DNA of 64,000 nt. Source: Octopus sinensis (Eukaryota). Of this stretch, positions 26,880 to 40,589 are shown piece after piece. Numbering within the stretch: the first letter of the stretch is position 1; each line of letters begins with the position of its first letter. The position numbers were made by a program, and so were the translations under genes. The stretch covers positions 54,560,001-54,624,000 of the forward strand of contig NC_043013.1 in assembly GCF_006345805.1 (NCBI RefSeq). Direction: 5' to 3'. Under the pieces are notes generated by a model. It worked only from the letters and a program-made list of their open reading frames with translations, was not told the origin of the DNA and ran no database searches.

Positions 26880-27587
26880 TCAGAGCATTTTTCACATGTT
26901 TGCAGTGTGATGAATAAAAGATAGAACAGTTGTATGAACTGAATGAATAGATAATTAGAACCCTGCAACGATGGTGAGTAATGGCTGATTAGACAAAACA
27001 AGTGAATGTGCTAGGGTTTCCTTTCTGTGTATTGGACAGACTTACATTCATAAATATATATATATCACCGGTGGCACGTGATATCGAAAGAGATTCCGGT
27101 GCCAGTGAGATGCGTACATGTCAATAGAAATCTGCAATTTCTGAAATCACAGATGATGTTTTAGATACATGTAAATATGGTTTGGATATTGCTATTTCCA
27201 GACCAAATATCCTGCCAGATCACAGAAAAGCTTTATTTCATTATTCTAGACTGAATGCCGATAAGTCTAAATGTATATTTTTAATGAAAATATAAACGGA
27301 AACAAAATAAAGCCATCAAAACTGCTTGCATGAAAGGAAAACATAATAATGACAAAATCAAAAAGTCCCTCACTCCTCTCTGCTAAAAGAAGGTTCGCAG
27401 TTCCATTTCTGGTAAATCAACTTGGCAGAGAATCAACGTAAACAATAATCTCTTGTACATTAGCTTTGTTATTTTGTCAGCTGTTGTGCAACCTATTCAA
27501 CAGAATAAACACATTGACAATACACACACACACACACATGTATATGTGTATAGATACATCTATACACATATATGTAAATACATTGAT

Positions 27588-27622
<35 letters not shown>

Positions 27623-27645
27623 ATATATATATATATATAATATAT

Positions 27646-27700
<55 letters not shown>

Positions 27701-27903
27701 ATAGATATTACACACACACACATGCACTTATACTTACATATGTAATGCATACATAATTTTTAATCAGCCAAAGTTACTAAAGTGACTCAAATGCAGCACC
27801 TTTGTAAGCTCCATGCTTACATTTACATTTACTGGTTTAAAAAATATGTATATGTATAGAGTTCTGTTTGGTCAAATATATGTGCACACATGCATATACA
27901 TAC

Positions 27904-27945
<42 letters not shown>

Positions 27946-28216
27946 GCACATGCACACAAACTCGGATATACTTACATATCTATATATGTATTTCTATGTG
28001 TATATATTATAAATATACATGCTTATTTATATGTATAGACATATCTATATTTGCATATATTATATAAATATACACTCATATTCATATCTATCTATCTATC
28101 TGTGTGTGGGTAGTAATAGTTGTAAATACACACACACACACACACTGGTTCATATCTGATAGACTCCTTGGATGAAATCAGTAAATCCTAAGAAACGTTT
28201 TAGATCTCACATCTAC

Positions 28217-28265
<49 letters not shown>

Positions 28266-28407
28266 ATGTAATAGCAAATATTTTGTGGATTTTGTTTTTT
28301 AAAGATGGCTATGAATTATAAATGCTGATCTAAATTCAATGAATTGATGTCTTCCACTCAACCGACTTTAAAACATTCTTTATTGTGTTTGCTATTATTT
28401 CTTTCAG

Positions 28408-28495
28408 GTTAACATGGTTCAAGTAAATGAAACAGTAGATTCAATAGGTAGGAATCTTCTTTGCAATTCACTTACTCTCATCTGGAACAACAAAG
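28408..28495 (+). CDS. Candidate 88-bp exon (VNMVQVNETVDSIGRNLLCNSLTLIWNNK)
   Basis: ttatttctttcag acceptor, AAG|gtaaga donor, one open frame containing an ATG. Confidence 0.35.
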
Positions 28496-28533
28496 GTAAG
28501 AAATAGCTATGTACATCATACATATACAAATAC

Positions 28534-28583
<50 letters not shown>

Positions 28584-30793
28584 ATGTATATTGAAATGTA
28601 AGATTTCATTTTCAATGCATGGATGTTTTGGAAACGAATTTATGTATCTGCTTCTGCTTCTGATTTCGTTTAACATTTCATTTTCGAAATTTACGGAATA
28701 GCAGGACTGGTATTTTTTTCTTTTTTAAATGAAAGCGAAATTGCTGAAGCATGATTCATTTTCCTGACAACAATTCAGTGAGGCGTTAATAATAATAATT
28801 AAACTATGAAACAAAAGCAAATAAATAAATATATTAAATAGTCCAATGTTGGGAAGAAACATCATGAATAAAAGAATATATTGTTTCGCTCTACCCTAAG
28901 GTAATTTTTGTTCTTGTTATTTATATTTCTGAGCATTGCAGAGAATAATATATCAGAAGATATTTTCCAGGTTTAAATATTCGTGTAGAAATATTTAAAC
29001 AATAAAAAGAAATTGGGAGGGAAAAAAGTATTTTAAAAAAATATTTGACTATTTATTCTACCCTGTAAAAGTACATTTTTGGTGAAATAGTTCCTGAGTT
29101 CTATAATGATGGCAATATATGTCTATGGCCACCAACAATAAAAGGCTGATATTTTAAAAGAACTCCAATTGATTGAGAATCTATGAGTTGTCAGCTGTCC
29201 ATTGTTGAGCTCTCCTTACTTTTGAATCAAGTAGTTATGAGTTAGCTACAGTGTCATTTCATTCTGAGAATATCTCTTGGTCGAAAGGAACAGAGTTCTC
29301 CTAAGTGCTTTTTACATTTCTTCATTCTGTCTTACCAGTTGATATCAAAAGCAATTAACAAACAGGTCAAATCAATGCATATTTAATACAGAAATCATAT
29401 CGGAATCTATTTTATACACCGACAGAGAATAACTACATTATTAAACAAACTGCCATTAATTTCAAAGAACACGAGAGAGGTTTCCTTAGAGTAAAGGAAT
29501 TACAGTAGAGTCTTGAAATTCTTCATCGATGTAAATTTAGAGCACTCTAAACAATGACTGGCTTTGAAAGATATCTACTTGAATGTGTGTGTATATATAC
29601 ATGTGTATGTATTTGTGTGTATATATGTATAGACACACACATATACATACATATATATATGTGTATGTATGTAGACACACACACAATGCTAATTTTAAAA
29701 TCCTTGCCATTATATTTGGCAATAGATTGATTGAATAAATAATGGATATAATGCTTCGTAGTTGTTACATGTGTACCTTTACTTTGTGAGTTCAAATACT
29801 GGTGAGATCTACTTTACGGTTTGTCCATTTGGGGTTTACAAAATAAGTATTGCTTAAATAGTTTTCCTTACAATCACTCCCAACAGGTTTTCACCTCCCT
29901 TGTTAACTCACCTGAAGGCTTTACAAAAGTTACACACCTCCTCTCCAATGAAAATATTAATAAGTCTAACAACAAAAGATTGTCATTCACTTCCCTGTGG
30001 TGGTCTGTGTTGAAACTGGATCAGGTATTTTTACCAGTGTTGTTTAGACTCGGTCTTGAGTTGAACCTCTGCCTCTATGACCAATGATGTCTCCGCTATG
30101 AGATTTTCATTGTTATTTAGACAGTCCGTCATTAACTAAATTATCTGAAATCTCCATCCATTTTAAAACTGTTAGATATAGTTTGCAGGATGTTTAGCAA
30201 CAATTTCTAGCAGATCATAAGACAACACAGAGACTGCTCCATTGGTTCATTTCTACTCATTAAGACGCTTTTAACAGAACAAAATAAAAATGTATTTTTT
30301 ACCTTTATCCTCTAATTTTACGTAAATTCCTTTTTGAATATCAGACCCTCACCTCCACACACAAATATATCATTATATGCCAGCACGGACCAGGGACAGT
30401 AAATAATGATGAGGAGGAGGAGGAGGCATATAAGTTGCATTGAATGTATTTTAATTGAGCGGATCTAACTGTGAATGATTTTAAAGAATTTGTGGGACAA
30501 AAAATGTATTTGAATGAGTTTTAAAAATATGAATTCATTCATTCACTTTCCCACCTCACATACACACTGTGTATATATATGTGCATAACTTTGTATGTAT
30601 GTGGTGTGCATGTGTGTGTGTGTATATATATATACATGAATACATATACACACACACATACACACAGACAGATTATTATACCCAGATATATCAAGGTAGG
30701 TCCCTATTATATTTATTACAGCATATAATAATACTTCTTAATCTGAAAAATTAAGGCAATGTAATTATGTGTTATGTGACTCATAATTATTAT

Positions 30794-30881
<88 letters not shown>

Positions 30882-31175
30882 ATATTATATGTAGAAAAAT
30901 ACAAACTGGGACAAGAACGTAAAACATTTAGAAGACGATACAAAAAACACGGACAGGACATTCGAAGCCTTCAATCTTCAGTTAGAACCGGATCATCCTA
31001 GCAATTTCGGCTGATTAATCTTATATATATATATATATGTATGTATATATGATATATATATGGGGAATGGATGTTAAATGATGGATACTCTGACTTTAAT
31101 AATTAGTCATTATGAATGATTACAGATACATTAGAATGTACAGAAGTGTTGAGATATATCTTTATTCATACTTAC

Positions 31176-31605
31176 ATAAAAAATAAAGGGCTGGATATTG
31201 TCGTTTGGGACAGACAAGAAAAAGTATGGAGTGTCATTGAGGTCAGCTGTCATGTTGATGTGAATATCTCTTTGAAAATCAAAGAGAAAGAAAATAACCA
31301 TGGACAAATGCTTTGAAACCTCCAGCTTCTATATCCAGATTATAAATTCTCATTTTTACCAACAATAACTGGTGACCCTTGGTTTTGTAAGTAAATGCCT
31401 AACTGTTAATCTGGATAAGTTTGGATTTTCAGAAAAGGAAATCAACCAAGTAACTTGCACATTACAAATTGTAAATGGAACAGTAAAAGTATGCAAGTCT
31501 TTTCTCAAGTTTAAAATGTGACATTGTTTTCGTTATCTCCATTCCAATGACGGAGCTTTATATCTTTGTTAGAAACCAGCTTCTTCCTCAGAGAGGAAGA
31601 ATTTA
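31176..31605 (+). pseudogene. 3' end of an RLE-type (R4/Dong-like) non-LTR retrotransposon, copy 1
   Basis: LDIVVWD..IEVSC..D.N....KEKE ... LYPDYKF...G(A)LGFV ... KSFLKFKM*: a decayed PD-(D/E)xK restriction-like endonuclease with an internal stop and a frameshift. Confidence 0.85.
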
Positions 31606-31672
31606 AATAGTTGAAAACAGAAGAGAACATATGTACACACAAACATACATATACAGACAAAACACATGTGTA

Positions 31673-31728
<56 letters not shown>

Positions 31729-32010
31729 GAAAAATACAAACTGGGACAAGAACGTAAAACATTTAGAAGACGATACAAAAAACACGGACAGGACATTCGA
31801 AGCCTTCAATCTTCAGTTAGAACCGGATCATCCTAGCAATTTCGGCTGATTAATCTTATATATATATATATATGTATGTATATATGATATATATATGGGG
31901 AATGGATGTTAAATGATGGATACTCTGACTTTAATAATTAGTCATTATGAATGATTACAGATACATTAGAATGTACAGAAGTGTTGAGATATATCTTTAT
32001 TCATACTTAC

Positions 32011-32440
32011 ATAAAAAATAAAGGGCTGGATATTGTCGTTTGGGACAGACAAGAAAAAGTATGGAGTGTCATTGAGGTCAGCTGTCATGTTGATGTGAAT
32101 ATCTCTTTGAAAATCAAAGAGAAAGAAAATAACCATGGACAAATGCTTTGAAACCTCCAGCTTCTATATCCAGATTATAAATTCTCATTTTTACCAACAA
32201 TAACTGGTGACCCTTGGTTTTGTAAGTAAATGCCTAACTGTTAATCTGGATAAGTTTGGATTTTCAGAAAAGGAAATCACCAAGTAACTTGCACATTACA
32301 AATTGTAAATGGAACAGTAAAAGTATGCAAGTCTTTTCTCAAGTTTAAAATGTGACATTGTTTTCGTTATCTCCATTCCAATGACGGAGCTTTATATCTT
32401 TGTTAGAAACCAGCTTCTTCCTCAGAGAGGAAGAATTTAA
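32011..32440 (+). pseudogene. 3' end of the RLE-type non-LTR retrotransposon, copy 2
   Basis: Duplicate of 31176-31605 with one extra 1-nt deletion. Confidence 0.85.
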
Positions 32441-32538
32441 ATAGTTGAAAACAGAAGAGAACATATGTACACACAAACATACATATACAGACAAACACAC
32501 ATGTGTATATATATATATATATATATGAAACATATACG

Positions 32539-32593
<55 letters not shown>

Positions 32594-33568
32594 ATATGTA
32601 TAAGCACACACACGTATATACATGCATGAATTTATGTATGCATATGTACATATCAGAGAGAGAGAGAGAGAGAAAGAGAGAAGGCTTTAGAACTCATTTG
32701 TTATTGTTAATGAGTGAGCAGGTGGTTTATTCAACAGTTCAAATATACTTTTCCCCCCAACATGACACGTCAGCCAACATCTAAATACTGTTTATTCTAG
32801 GAAGATAGGACTTTCTACATCCGTATTAGTAAAACAATTACTCGTCTGTATATAACAGTCAAACAGACTTAACTATGAGGGGTGTCAAAGAATAAAGCTA
32901 ATTATAGATTTAATAATTAAAATAAACAAGCCAAATATATTAAAAATAAAAGAGGAAAATCAAAAATAGTTGGTTTCTATTTACAACTTGTTTTCTTTGA
33001 TAAAAATCATTATAAACAATTACATGATGAATGTGAACCTATTTAGAAAAGAATCTAAATGGAAACAATATTAGTCAACATGTTTAGTTGAATCAATATA
33101 CAAATATCTCTGGTAGATATCTTGGATGACTCGTTTCTTCATTTATTCCTCATTCTTTGCTTTCACTCTCGCCATTGCCTCAAAAACTGTTGCCTTGTGA
33201 CTAAAGCTCTGCATTATTAGTCACCAAGAGTCTCTGTGTGTTACTGGCATAAAACTGCAGTGGTTAACTGGTTTTGCTTTTGAAGAGGAGTTTACTTACT
33301 TAATGACATGAGTTGATTGAGTTTGTTGCATATATTGGAAAATAGGTGCCAACTCGGAAGTATGTTATTGTTTTTAAATATTCAAGGCAGTGCCCCAGCA
33401 TGGCCACAGTCTAATGACTGAAACAGGTAAAAGGTACAAGACAGTTGATGCTAAACTACAGTTTAAGATAAAAAGGACTGCTCTCCTATGTTATGGATGT
33501 TTCCTACAATCTGAGCTAGACTCAACACAGCAATGCATTACTGATTGGAAACCCAAGCTGGCTGTAAA

Positions 33569-33780
33569 CATCATCATCATCATCATCGTTTAACGTCCGC
33601 TTTCCATGCTAGCATGGGTTGGACGATTTTTACTGAGGGCTAGCGAACCAGAAGGCTGCACCAGGCTCCAATCCTGATCTGGCAGAGTTTCTACAGCTGG
33701 ATGCCCTTCCTAACGCCAACCACTCCGAAAGTGTAGTGGGTGCTTTTTACGTGCCACCAGCACAGGGGCCAGTCAGGCGC
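33569..33780 (-). mobile_element. RTE-type 3' tail element
   Basis: (cat)n cgtttaacgtccgctttccatgctagcatgggttgg ... gcccttcctaacgccaaccac. Confidence 0.9.
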
Positions 33781-35703
33781 ACTATACAATTCAGGCAGAA
33801 TTTATCAGTTTCTTCCGCAACACCAACTTTAAGAATTCTACAGGTGAATGTGATCTAGGTATTATTTTCAACAGTGATCAACACTGAATGGACCACATTT
33901 CCAAAATGTCAAAAAAGGGTGAAAGTATTTCAGCATCACTCAGTCAGACATTTGTCAGTCACTCACCAGTTATTATTTACATTTATGTTTGGTTATGGCA
34001 CATTCATATTCAGAGTTTGTTTCTCTGGTGTGGAACCCCCATCTTGTTCAAACTATCTATTGGAAACTAAAATCTGTCTAGAGACATGCAAGTAGATAAA
34101 TATCTTCCATCAGTCGCTTACCATATGTTGAATATCTTCCTTCTCTTGGCATTGACACACTGAAGTTTCCGTGACTGGCAGCTGACTTGATAGAAACCCA
34201 CAAGATCATTTACCATCTTTCCAACAGCAACATGGAATGGAATACTCAAATAAGTTGTTAGCAGTTAGAACAGTATTTTCTTCAAGAATTCCATGCTTCC
34301 CCAAACCCCCGACGCTACTTCCTCCTTATTCTTTTGCCGTTCACTTTTCTCTTTTCTTGTGTTTCATCCTGATTTTCTATATTTTTATATTTTTGGGTAT
34401 TGTTGGTGCCTTCCACTACTTCACTTACTGCAGCTTTCAGTCCCTATTTTTTTCATTCATCTTTTTCTGACAAATTGCAAGGCCCCTGAGCATTGTATAC
34501 CATAGGCTCATTATTATCACATTTTTCTTCACCAATTATGAAATTAATATATTTAGCAGGTAGAGGTTTCTCCAGCTGCACATGGAGAAATAGAGTGATA
34601 TATTATGTAGATGAGAGAGTGAGAGAGAGAGAGAGACATAGAGAGAGGGACAGAGAAAGAGAGAGATGCACTCTACTCTAATTATTAGTTACGAAAACTG
34701 AAACAAATTTTAATGATATCAAATAAATAAATTGCATTCTGGGAAACTTCAAAACAGGATTTTTCAAATATTTTTCTTTCTTTTTTTTTGTGTAATTTTT
34801 ATTTCTGGATTGCTAAATATTTCGTCGACACCAGTCAAGACAGCACGTGACAATTGTTTAATAAATGAAATATTTAGTTTAATAATAGTCAAAGTGCCTG
34901 GAGACAAAAGAATATCTACATGTTGCCACATGATAATTATAATAATGACGATAATAATAATCATAAAGGTATTTAAAGAGAAAAGTAATTAAAGTAATTA
35001 AATATAATATATTTAACGAGGAACAGAACAAAATAGTTTCACTCTGGTGAAAGATTTGTAATTGAGGATCATTTAATGTGTTAAAAGATTTTTTTTTGTG
35101 TGTTGATAATTATTTGATAGATAAACTCTGGCACTCATATATGAAAGAGTTAGCTCTGGTACTTGTATTTGATATAACCAACTCAGGTACTCATCTGCCT
35201 CTCTGGTCACCTACACTCAAGACGATCGTAATACACACAGTTGGATGGAGTCACCTAATATTGAAGCTCCATAACTGTTTTTCAACTCCGCTCCTTGCAT
35301 AAATACACATTCTGTCTACAAATATAGCTGGTCTCTATTCTATATGAGTTACTTTATATATACTTCTATATGAGGTACCAATGATGTTGTTTAGTTGCAA
35401 GCAGAGAAATAATTCACCTCAAAAGAAATAGTGGCTGCTGCATGAAGAAAATGGTGAATGTCTTTTAAGGAACTACATTATTGCAAGAGAAATAATTATC
35501 AAAAACACCCAGAAATTGACCTTGCATTATCTTGGATATATATATATATGCATACACACACATATATGACCTGTATGTGTACTTGTGTGTATATATATTG
35601 ATAAAAACGGTAAGATAACAAAAGAAAGAAAGAGACCTCGATATTATGTAAATAGAGGAATTTATCTGTAAAAGTAATATGTGACAATTATTCGGTAGCC
35701 AAG

Positions 35704-35762
35704 ATAAAACTCTGAGTTTCGGATGCTGAGGTGGAAATCCACGCCACCATCTCTTCAGTTAT
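35704..35762 (-). ncRNA. Mirror copy of the hammerhead motif
   Basis: AUAA-CUGAAGA-GAUG...CAUC-C-GAAACUC-A-GAGUU^UUAU on the minus strand. Confidence 0.6.
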
Positions 35763-35768
35763 CCAGTT

Positions 35769-35827
35769 ATAACTGAAGAGATGGTGGCATGGATTTCCAC
35801 CTCAGCATCTGAAACTTGGAGTTTTAT
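35769..35827 (+). ncRNA. Type I hammerhead motif with imperfect stem II base, GUU triplet
   Basis: AUAA-CUGAAGA-GAUG-GUGG..CCAC..CAUC-U-GAAACU-UGG-AGUU^UUAU. Confidence 0.6.
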
Positions 35828-35863
35828 CTTGGCTACCGAATAATTGTCACATATTACTTTTAC

Positions 35864-35894
<31 letters not shown>

Positions 35895-36745
35895 CTCTGG
35901 TACGTCCACTCTGTTGTTATTTGTTTGTTTGAAGTCCTGACTTTCCACAAATTTTATATTTTCAAGTTTTCTGGATGCAACTGTCTTATGAAGTTTCTTC
36001 AGCTTGTCCATTGAAAGTATGAAATAGGGAGTAGTAAAACGGTCGACAACTGATGAAGAGTTTTCTCCTTTTGCTATTTTGTCCTAACTCCTTTATCTCT
36101 TGTGTGTCTATGTATTTTTCACTTATTGGTGATGTCCTGTACACAATGTGTATTATTTATATATATATAGATACATATACATACATACACACATACACAT
36201 ACAGGTCATATATGTGTGTGTATGTATATGTGTGTGTGTGTATATATATATATATATACATACATACATATATATATACACACATACAGGTCATATATGT
36301 GTGTATGTGTATATATATATATAGATATATACATATATATACACACATACAGATCATATATGTGTGTGTGTGTGTATATATGTATATATATATATATAAT
36401 ATATATATATATACTCTGGTACGTCCACTCTGTTGTTATTTGTTTGTTTGAAGTCCTGACTTTCCACAAATTTTATATTTTCAAGTTTTCTGGATGCAAC
36501 TGTCTTATGAAGTTTCTTCAGCTTGTCCATTGAAAGTATGAAATAGGGAGTAGTAAAACGGTCGACAACTGATGAAGAGTTTTCTCCTTTTGCTATTTTG
36601 TCCTAACTCCTTTATCTCTTGTGTGTCTATGTATTTTTCACTTATTGGTGATGTCCTGTACACAATGTGTATTATTTATATATATATAGATACATATACA
36701 TACATACACACATACACATACAGGTCATATATGTGTGTATGTATA

Positions 36746-36777
<32 letters not shown>

Positions 36778-36922
36778 ATATATATATATATATATACACA
36801 CATACAGGTCATATATGTGTGTATGTGTATATATATATATAGATATATACATATATATACACACATACAGATCATATATGTGTGTGTGTGTGTATATATG
36901 TATATATATATATATATATATA
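35895..36922. repeat. Tandem duplication, 519-bp period
   Basis: The complex core at 35895-36158 is repeated identically at 36414-36677, along with the following microsatellite pattern. Confidence 0.95.
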
Positions 36923-36940
36923 CACATAGATACATATACA

Positions 36941-37094
36941 TGGTTGGCGTTAGGAAGGGCATCCAGCTGTAGAAACTCTGCCAGATCAGATTGGAATCTG
37001 GTGCAGCCATCTGGTTTGCCAGACCTCAGTTAGATTGTCCAACCCATGCTAGCATGGAAAGTGGACGTTAAACAATGATGATGATGATGATGAT
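36941..37094 (+). mobile_element. RTE-type 3' tail element
   Basis: tggttggcgttaggaagggcatccagctgtag ... ggacgttaaac(gat)n. Confidence 0.9.
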
Positions 37095-37767
37095 ATGTAT
37101 ACATATATGCATACATACACACGCACACACACATATATGACCTGTATATTTGTGAATATATAAAAGATCTTTAAAGTAAGTTTACTTGTACAAATAGGAA
37201 GATGACAGGGTTTTGTTTAAAATCCGCAATTGTAAAGTTGCTGGTTGTTTATGGAGGATTAAACCAAATAAAACCAGGTTCTATTACACCTCAGTGAAAA
37301 CTCTCCACAGCCTGTGAACAAAGCCATCAGAAGAAATATAATTGTCAAGTAAAAGCTACTAATAGACTAAATCTAATTAAATATCAGTGTAGAAGTTCAC
37401 TTTGATACATGTCCACAATGGCTGGTCTTTTCCGAGATGTAGGAGTTTAAAAATTTGAAACCAAGCAGAACTGGGGTAGAAAAACCCTCTCTTCTACAGA
37501 ATTATGTATTTGTAGATTGAAATAGTATATTTAGGTGTTTGGAGGAAACATATAGACTACAGAGTAGCTTCTTATTTGAAGAACTGCAGAAAATATTCAG
37601 AAAATGGATGAGTGGAATTGAAAGAAAATGCAAATAACTTAAGGTAATGAATGCATTGCTTAGGAAGCCAAGAGTAAATGATTGCAGCAGTAAGAGGGAT
37701 GATGTGAGTGGGTGTGTCTTATATAATACGGTAGAATGAGGGTAGATGTGAACTCAATGCTGTACGT

Positions 37768-37996
37768 TTAACCCTTCAGCATCCAGATTTCTCTGTTAAA
37801 TTTAATAGTTATTTATTCACATTGCTTAGAATCAATCATGCATTATGTTGTAGCTTTGAGATTTCAATGACGTGATTCTTTATTTTCAGAATGACATTGT
37901 ATGGTAGGTGTGGGGAAACTGGTTCTGGCTGGTTTGAACATAAAACAAGGAGAATATTTGGACTGGATTTGGCCAGTTTAAATGCTAATGGGTTAA
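37768..37996. mobile_element. piggyBac-type MITE, family P2 (best-preserved copy)
   Basis: TTAA|cccttcagcat ... atgctaatggg|TTAA. Confidence 0.8.
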
Positions 37997-39417
37997 AACA
38001 CACTGGAGTTCCAACAGACTAACAGCTCACTAGATTCTAGGCTGAGAAGATGACATAAAATTAGATTGCTCAAAAGAAGTGCAAGATGGTTTCTACTAGT
38101 TTACATAATATAGAAACTACTAAGTAAATTCTAAAGACTAGAGAGAGAAACTCATAGAAGTTGTGAGGGTTGATAGTCATTTTGGCAATGAAGGTTTCTT
38201 GTCTTTCAGTGAAGATGTGTCTTTTAAGTAGTAAAAGAGAGCAATAAGTTGGATATGGTTTAGGTGTTTTATTAAGCTATGAAATAAGATGAACCCAAGT
38301 AAAGTGAGGAAGAAGCTGTATGACACTTGTCAAAGTGTAGCACATTATTACATTGCATGGAAACATTGGCTATATTATAAAAGAGAGAATTGGAAGAACC
38401 ATTTTAGTGTTTGGTAAAACGCTTGCGGTATTTTTCCCTGCCATTTACACTCTGAGTTCAACTTTACTTCTCATCTGTTTTCTTTTTTTTTTTGGTGGTG
38501 GTGGTGGGGGGGTTGATAAAAGTAAGCACCAATCAGGTACTGGGGTGGATGGAATTGACCAGACCTTTCTGTTCGAGACAGTTTACTTTCTGCTGAAATT
38601 AGCAGCAATTTCATACTGCAACATAGAAAAAATTGTAATTTCCTTTAAGTGGTTGTAATGGTGGTGGTGGTAGTGTTGAGGCAAACTTGGTGATGAGGAG
38701 GAAGTTGTTAGAAAAGAGAGCAAGGTGATTGTTTATGAGAGTTAAGAATGTACATTTGTTATAAAGTATTGTGCTGTTTTACCGAATTCTAAAATGTCTC
38801 TCGGAATCTATGGAGATATTTTAAATGAAAATATTTCTATTTCTGTTTTATAGAAAATATCATTTCCTAATACCTCTTATAATATATTCCTATTGTTGAT
38901 CTGAGAGAGAGAGAGATTCAGTTCTATTGGAAAGACATTTTAATATTTCTCTGATATTCTAACCAATCTTCTACTTCAATATACAATTCTTCACTTTAGA
39001 CTGGAAGAAACTTTCAACAGATAATTCAGACTTTTGAGGTTGACTGGTTTACAAATAAGTATTTCAAATGTGTGTGTGTGTGTGTGTGTGTGTGTTTGTA
39101 TATATATATATATATATGTATGTGTGTATACTTATTTACATAGATACATACATACATATAGATACATACGTACATATATATATATATATGTTTGTCTGTG
39201 TATATATAAATATGTGTGTGTGTATTAGTTTTCATGTAACACTGTTAAACATTTTTAAATAATCTCAATGTGCCAAATATTAAATTTCTTATTTTAATTT
39301 TCTTTTAATTTAATAACAAATTTATTAACTTTCTTTCCGTATGTTTTACAAAAGTTTTAAAGAATTTTGGTAAATCATATTCACTTATTTTCTTTCTCTT
39401 CCTCTACATTTTTGTAG

Positions 39418-39521
39418 AATTTCACAACTTGAAGAAGTGATTGAAATAACAAACCACAAAAGAGTTGAGCAAGCCCCAGGAGGAAGCGAAATCAAAATTG
39501 ATGATAAAAACACAGAAGCAA
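39418..39521 (+). CDS. Candidate coding exon (ISQLEEVIEITNHKRVEQAPGGSEIKIDDKNTE)
   Basis: Long polypyrimidine tract plus tttttgtag acceptor; purine-rich, protein-like open frame; donor is either gcaagt after 39517 or gtaaat after 39521. Confidence 0.5.
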
Positions 39522-40589
39522 GTAAATAAAAGAATATTTTAAATGAATATAAGTAAGTATAGATTGATGAAATTAGTATAGTGATTGTAAAGAAAACATG
39601 ACGACGATGATGATGATGACAACGGCAATGATTTCTTTCTTAATAAAGACAAGTTATAACAACCTCAATAATGGTCAGGATCATTATCACATTTCTTCAT
39701 CATGTTGATGTTTAACCATCACAAAGGCTAAGCGGAGAGGAGTGGGCCTGTGTGGGGAAGTGGCGATATATTTGTGCCTTTCCTAAAGGCATTGGCAAAT
39801 TAAATGAAATATTTCTAAATTGGAATAAACTCAAGCTGCAGGGCTGAGTTCTGAAAGAAATTAATAATGATGTTTCCGAAGCCGGGTGTGAAAAAAATAA
39901 GTTATCTTGAACAAACACAAAACCTAACACCTGCTATGAGATATAATCTCATGGTTTAGAAATAGAGGTGAAGAACTGGTCTTCATCCTTCTAACCTCAC
40001 TACTTCTACTGCTGCTGTTATACATCTGATTATCAGTTATACTAAATATAAAACAGAATTCCTGGAAATTAATGGGGGGTCTCTGTCAATGAAACTTATT
40101 TAGTTAAGCTTGCAAATTTGTGGAAGTTCCTCTGATGTCAAGAGAAAAAGTATCCCAATATTTTGAATGAAACTCTCTACCAATGAGGGAATATTTTAAA
40201 AATAAATATTTATTATAGCCTTGAGAAGTTACTCACTGATACCTCATAATCTCCTTTGCCAAAGATCCTATCACCACCACCACTACCACCATCATCATCA
40301 TTGTCACTGTTTTAGTGTTCAATTTTCCTCTGCTTGCATTGGTCAGATGAAACTGCATTGAGGTAGATTTCCTATGGATGGATGCTCTTCCAACATTCTC
40401 CTGTTTCCATGTGAAGTAATATTTGCCTCTATTTTTCTTTGAACTGTAAACAACTCAATGGCTGGGCAAGCTTTTGCAGAGAACTGCAAAAGACAGCATT
40501 TGTGTGACAGCCATTTGTTTGCAACTTGAACAGTTACAATAGGAATCACACACACACACCTATATATATTCACAAATACATACATTCAT

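Larger units (their letters stand above)
30891..32505. repeat. Near-identical tandem duplication, 835-bp period
   Basis: 30891-31670 is repeated at 31726-32505; only 1-nt indels seen outside the microsatellites. Confidence 0.95.
35598..35868. mobile_element. Foldback element with 100-bp arms, a 6-nt loop and a hammerhead motif in each arm
   Basis: Arms 35663-35762 and 35769-35868 with 4 mismatches; left extension to 35598; TA-rich flanks. Confidence 0.85.

Noticed and set aside
27066-27450. CpG-containing segment after a short (TA)n
   Set aside because: No hammerhead core, long inverted repeat or second copy found in the window.
30950-31022. Minus-strand CUGAAGA...CGAAUGUC resembling a hammerhead
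   Set aside because: GAAU instead of GAAA, stem II would need a 1-nt loop, and no convincing stem I. It may still be a PLE-type fragment.
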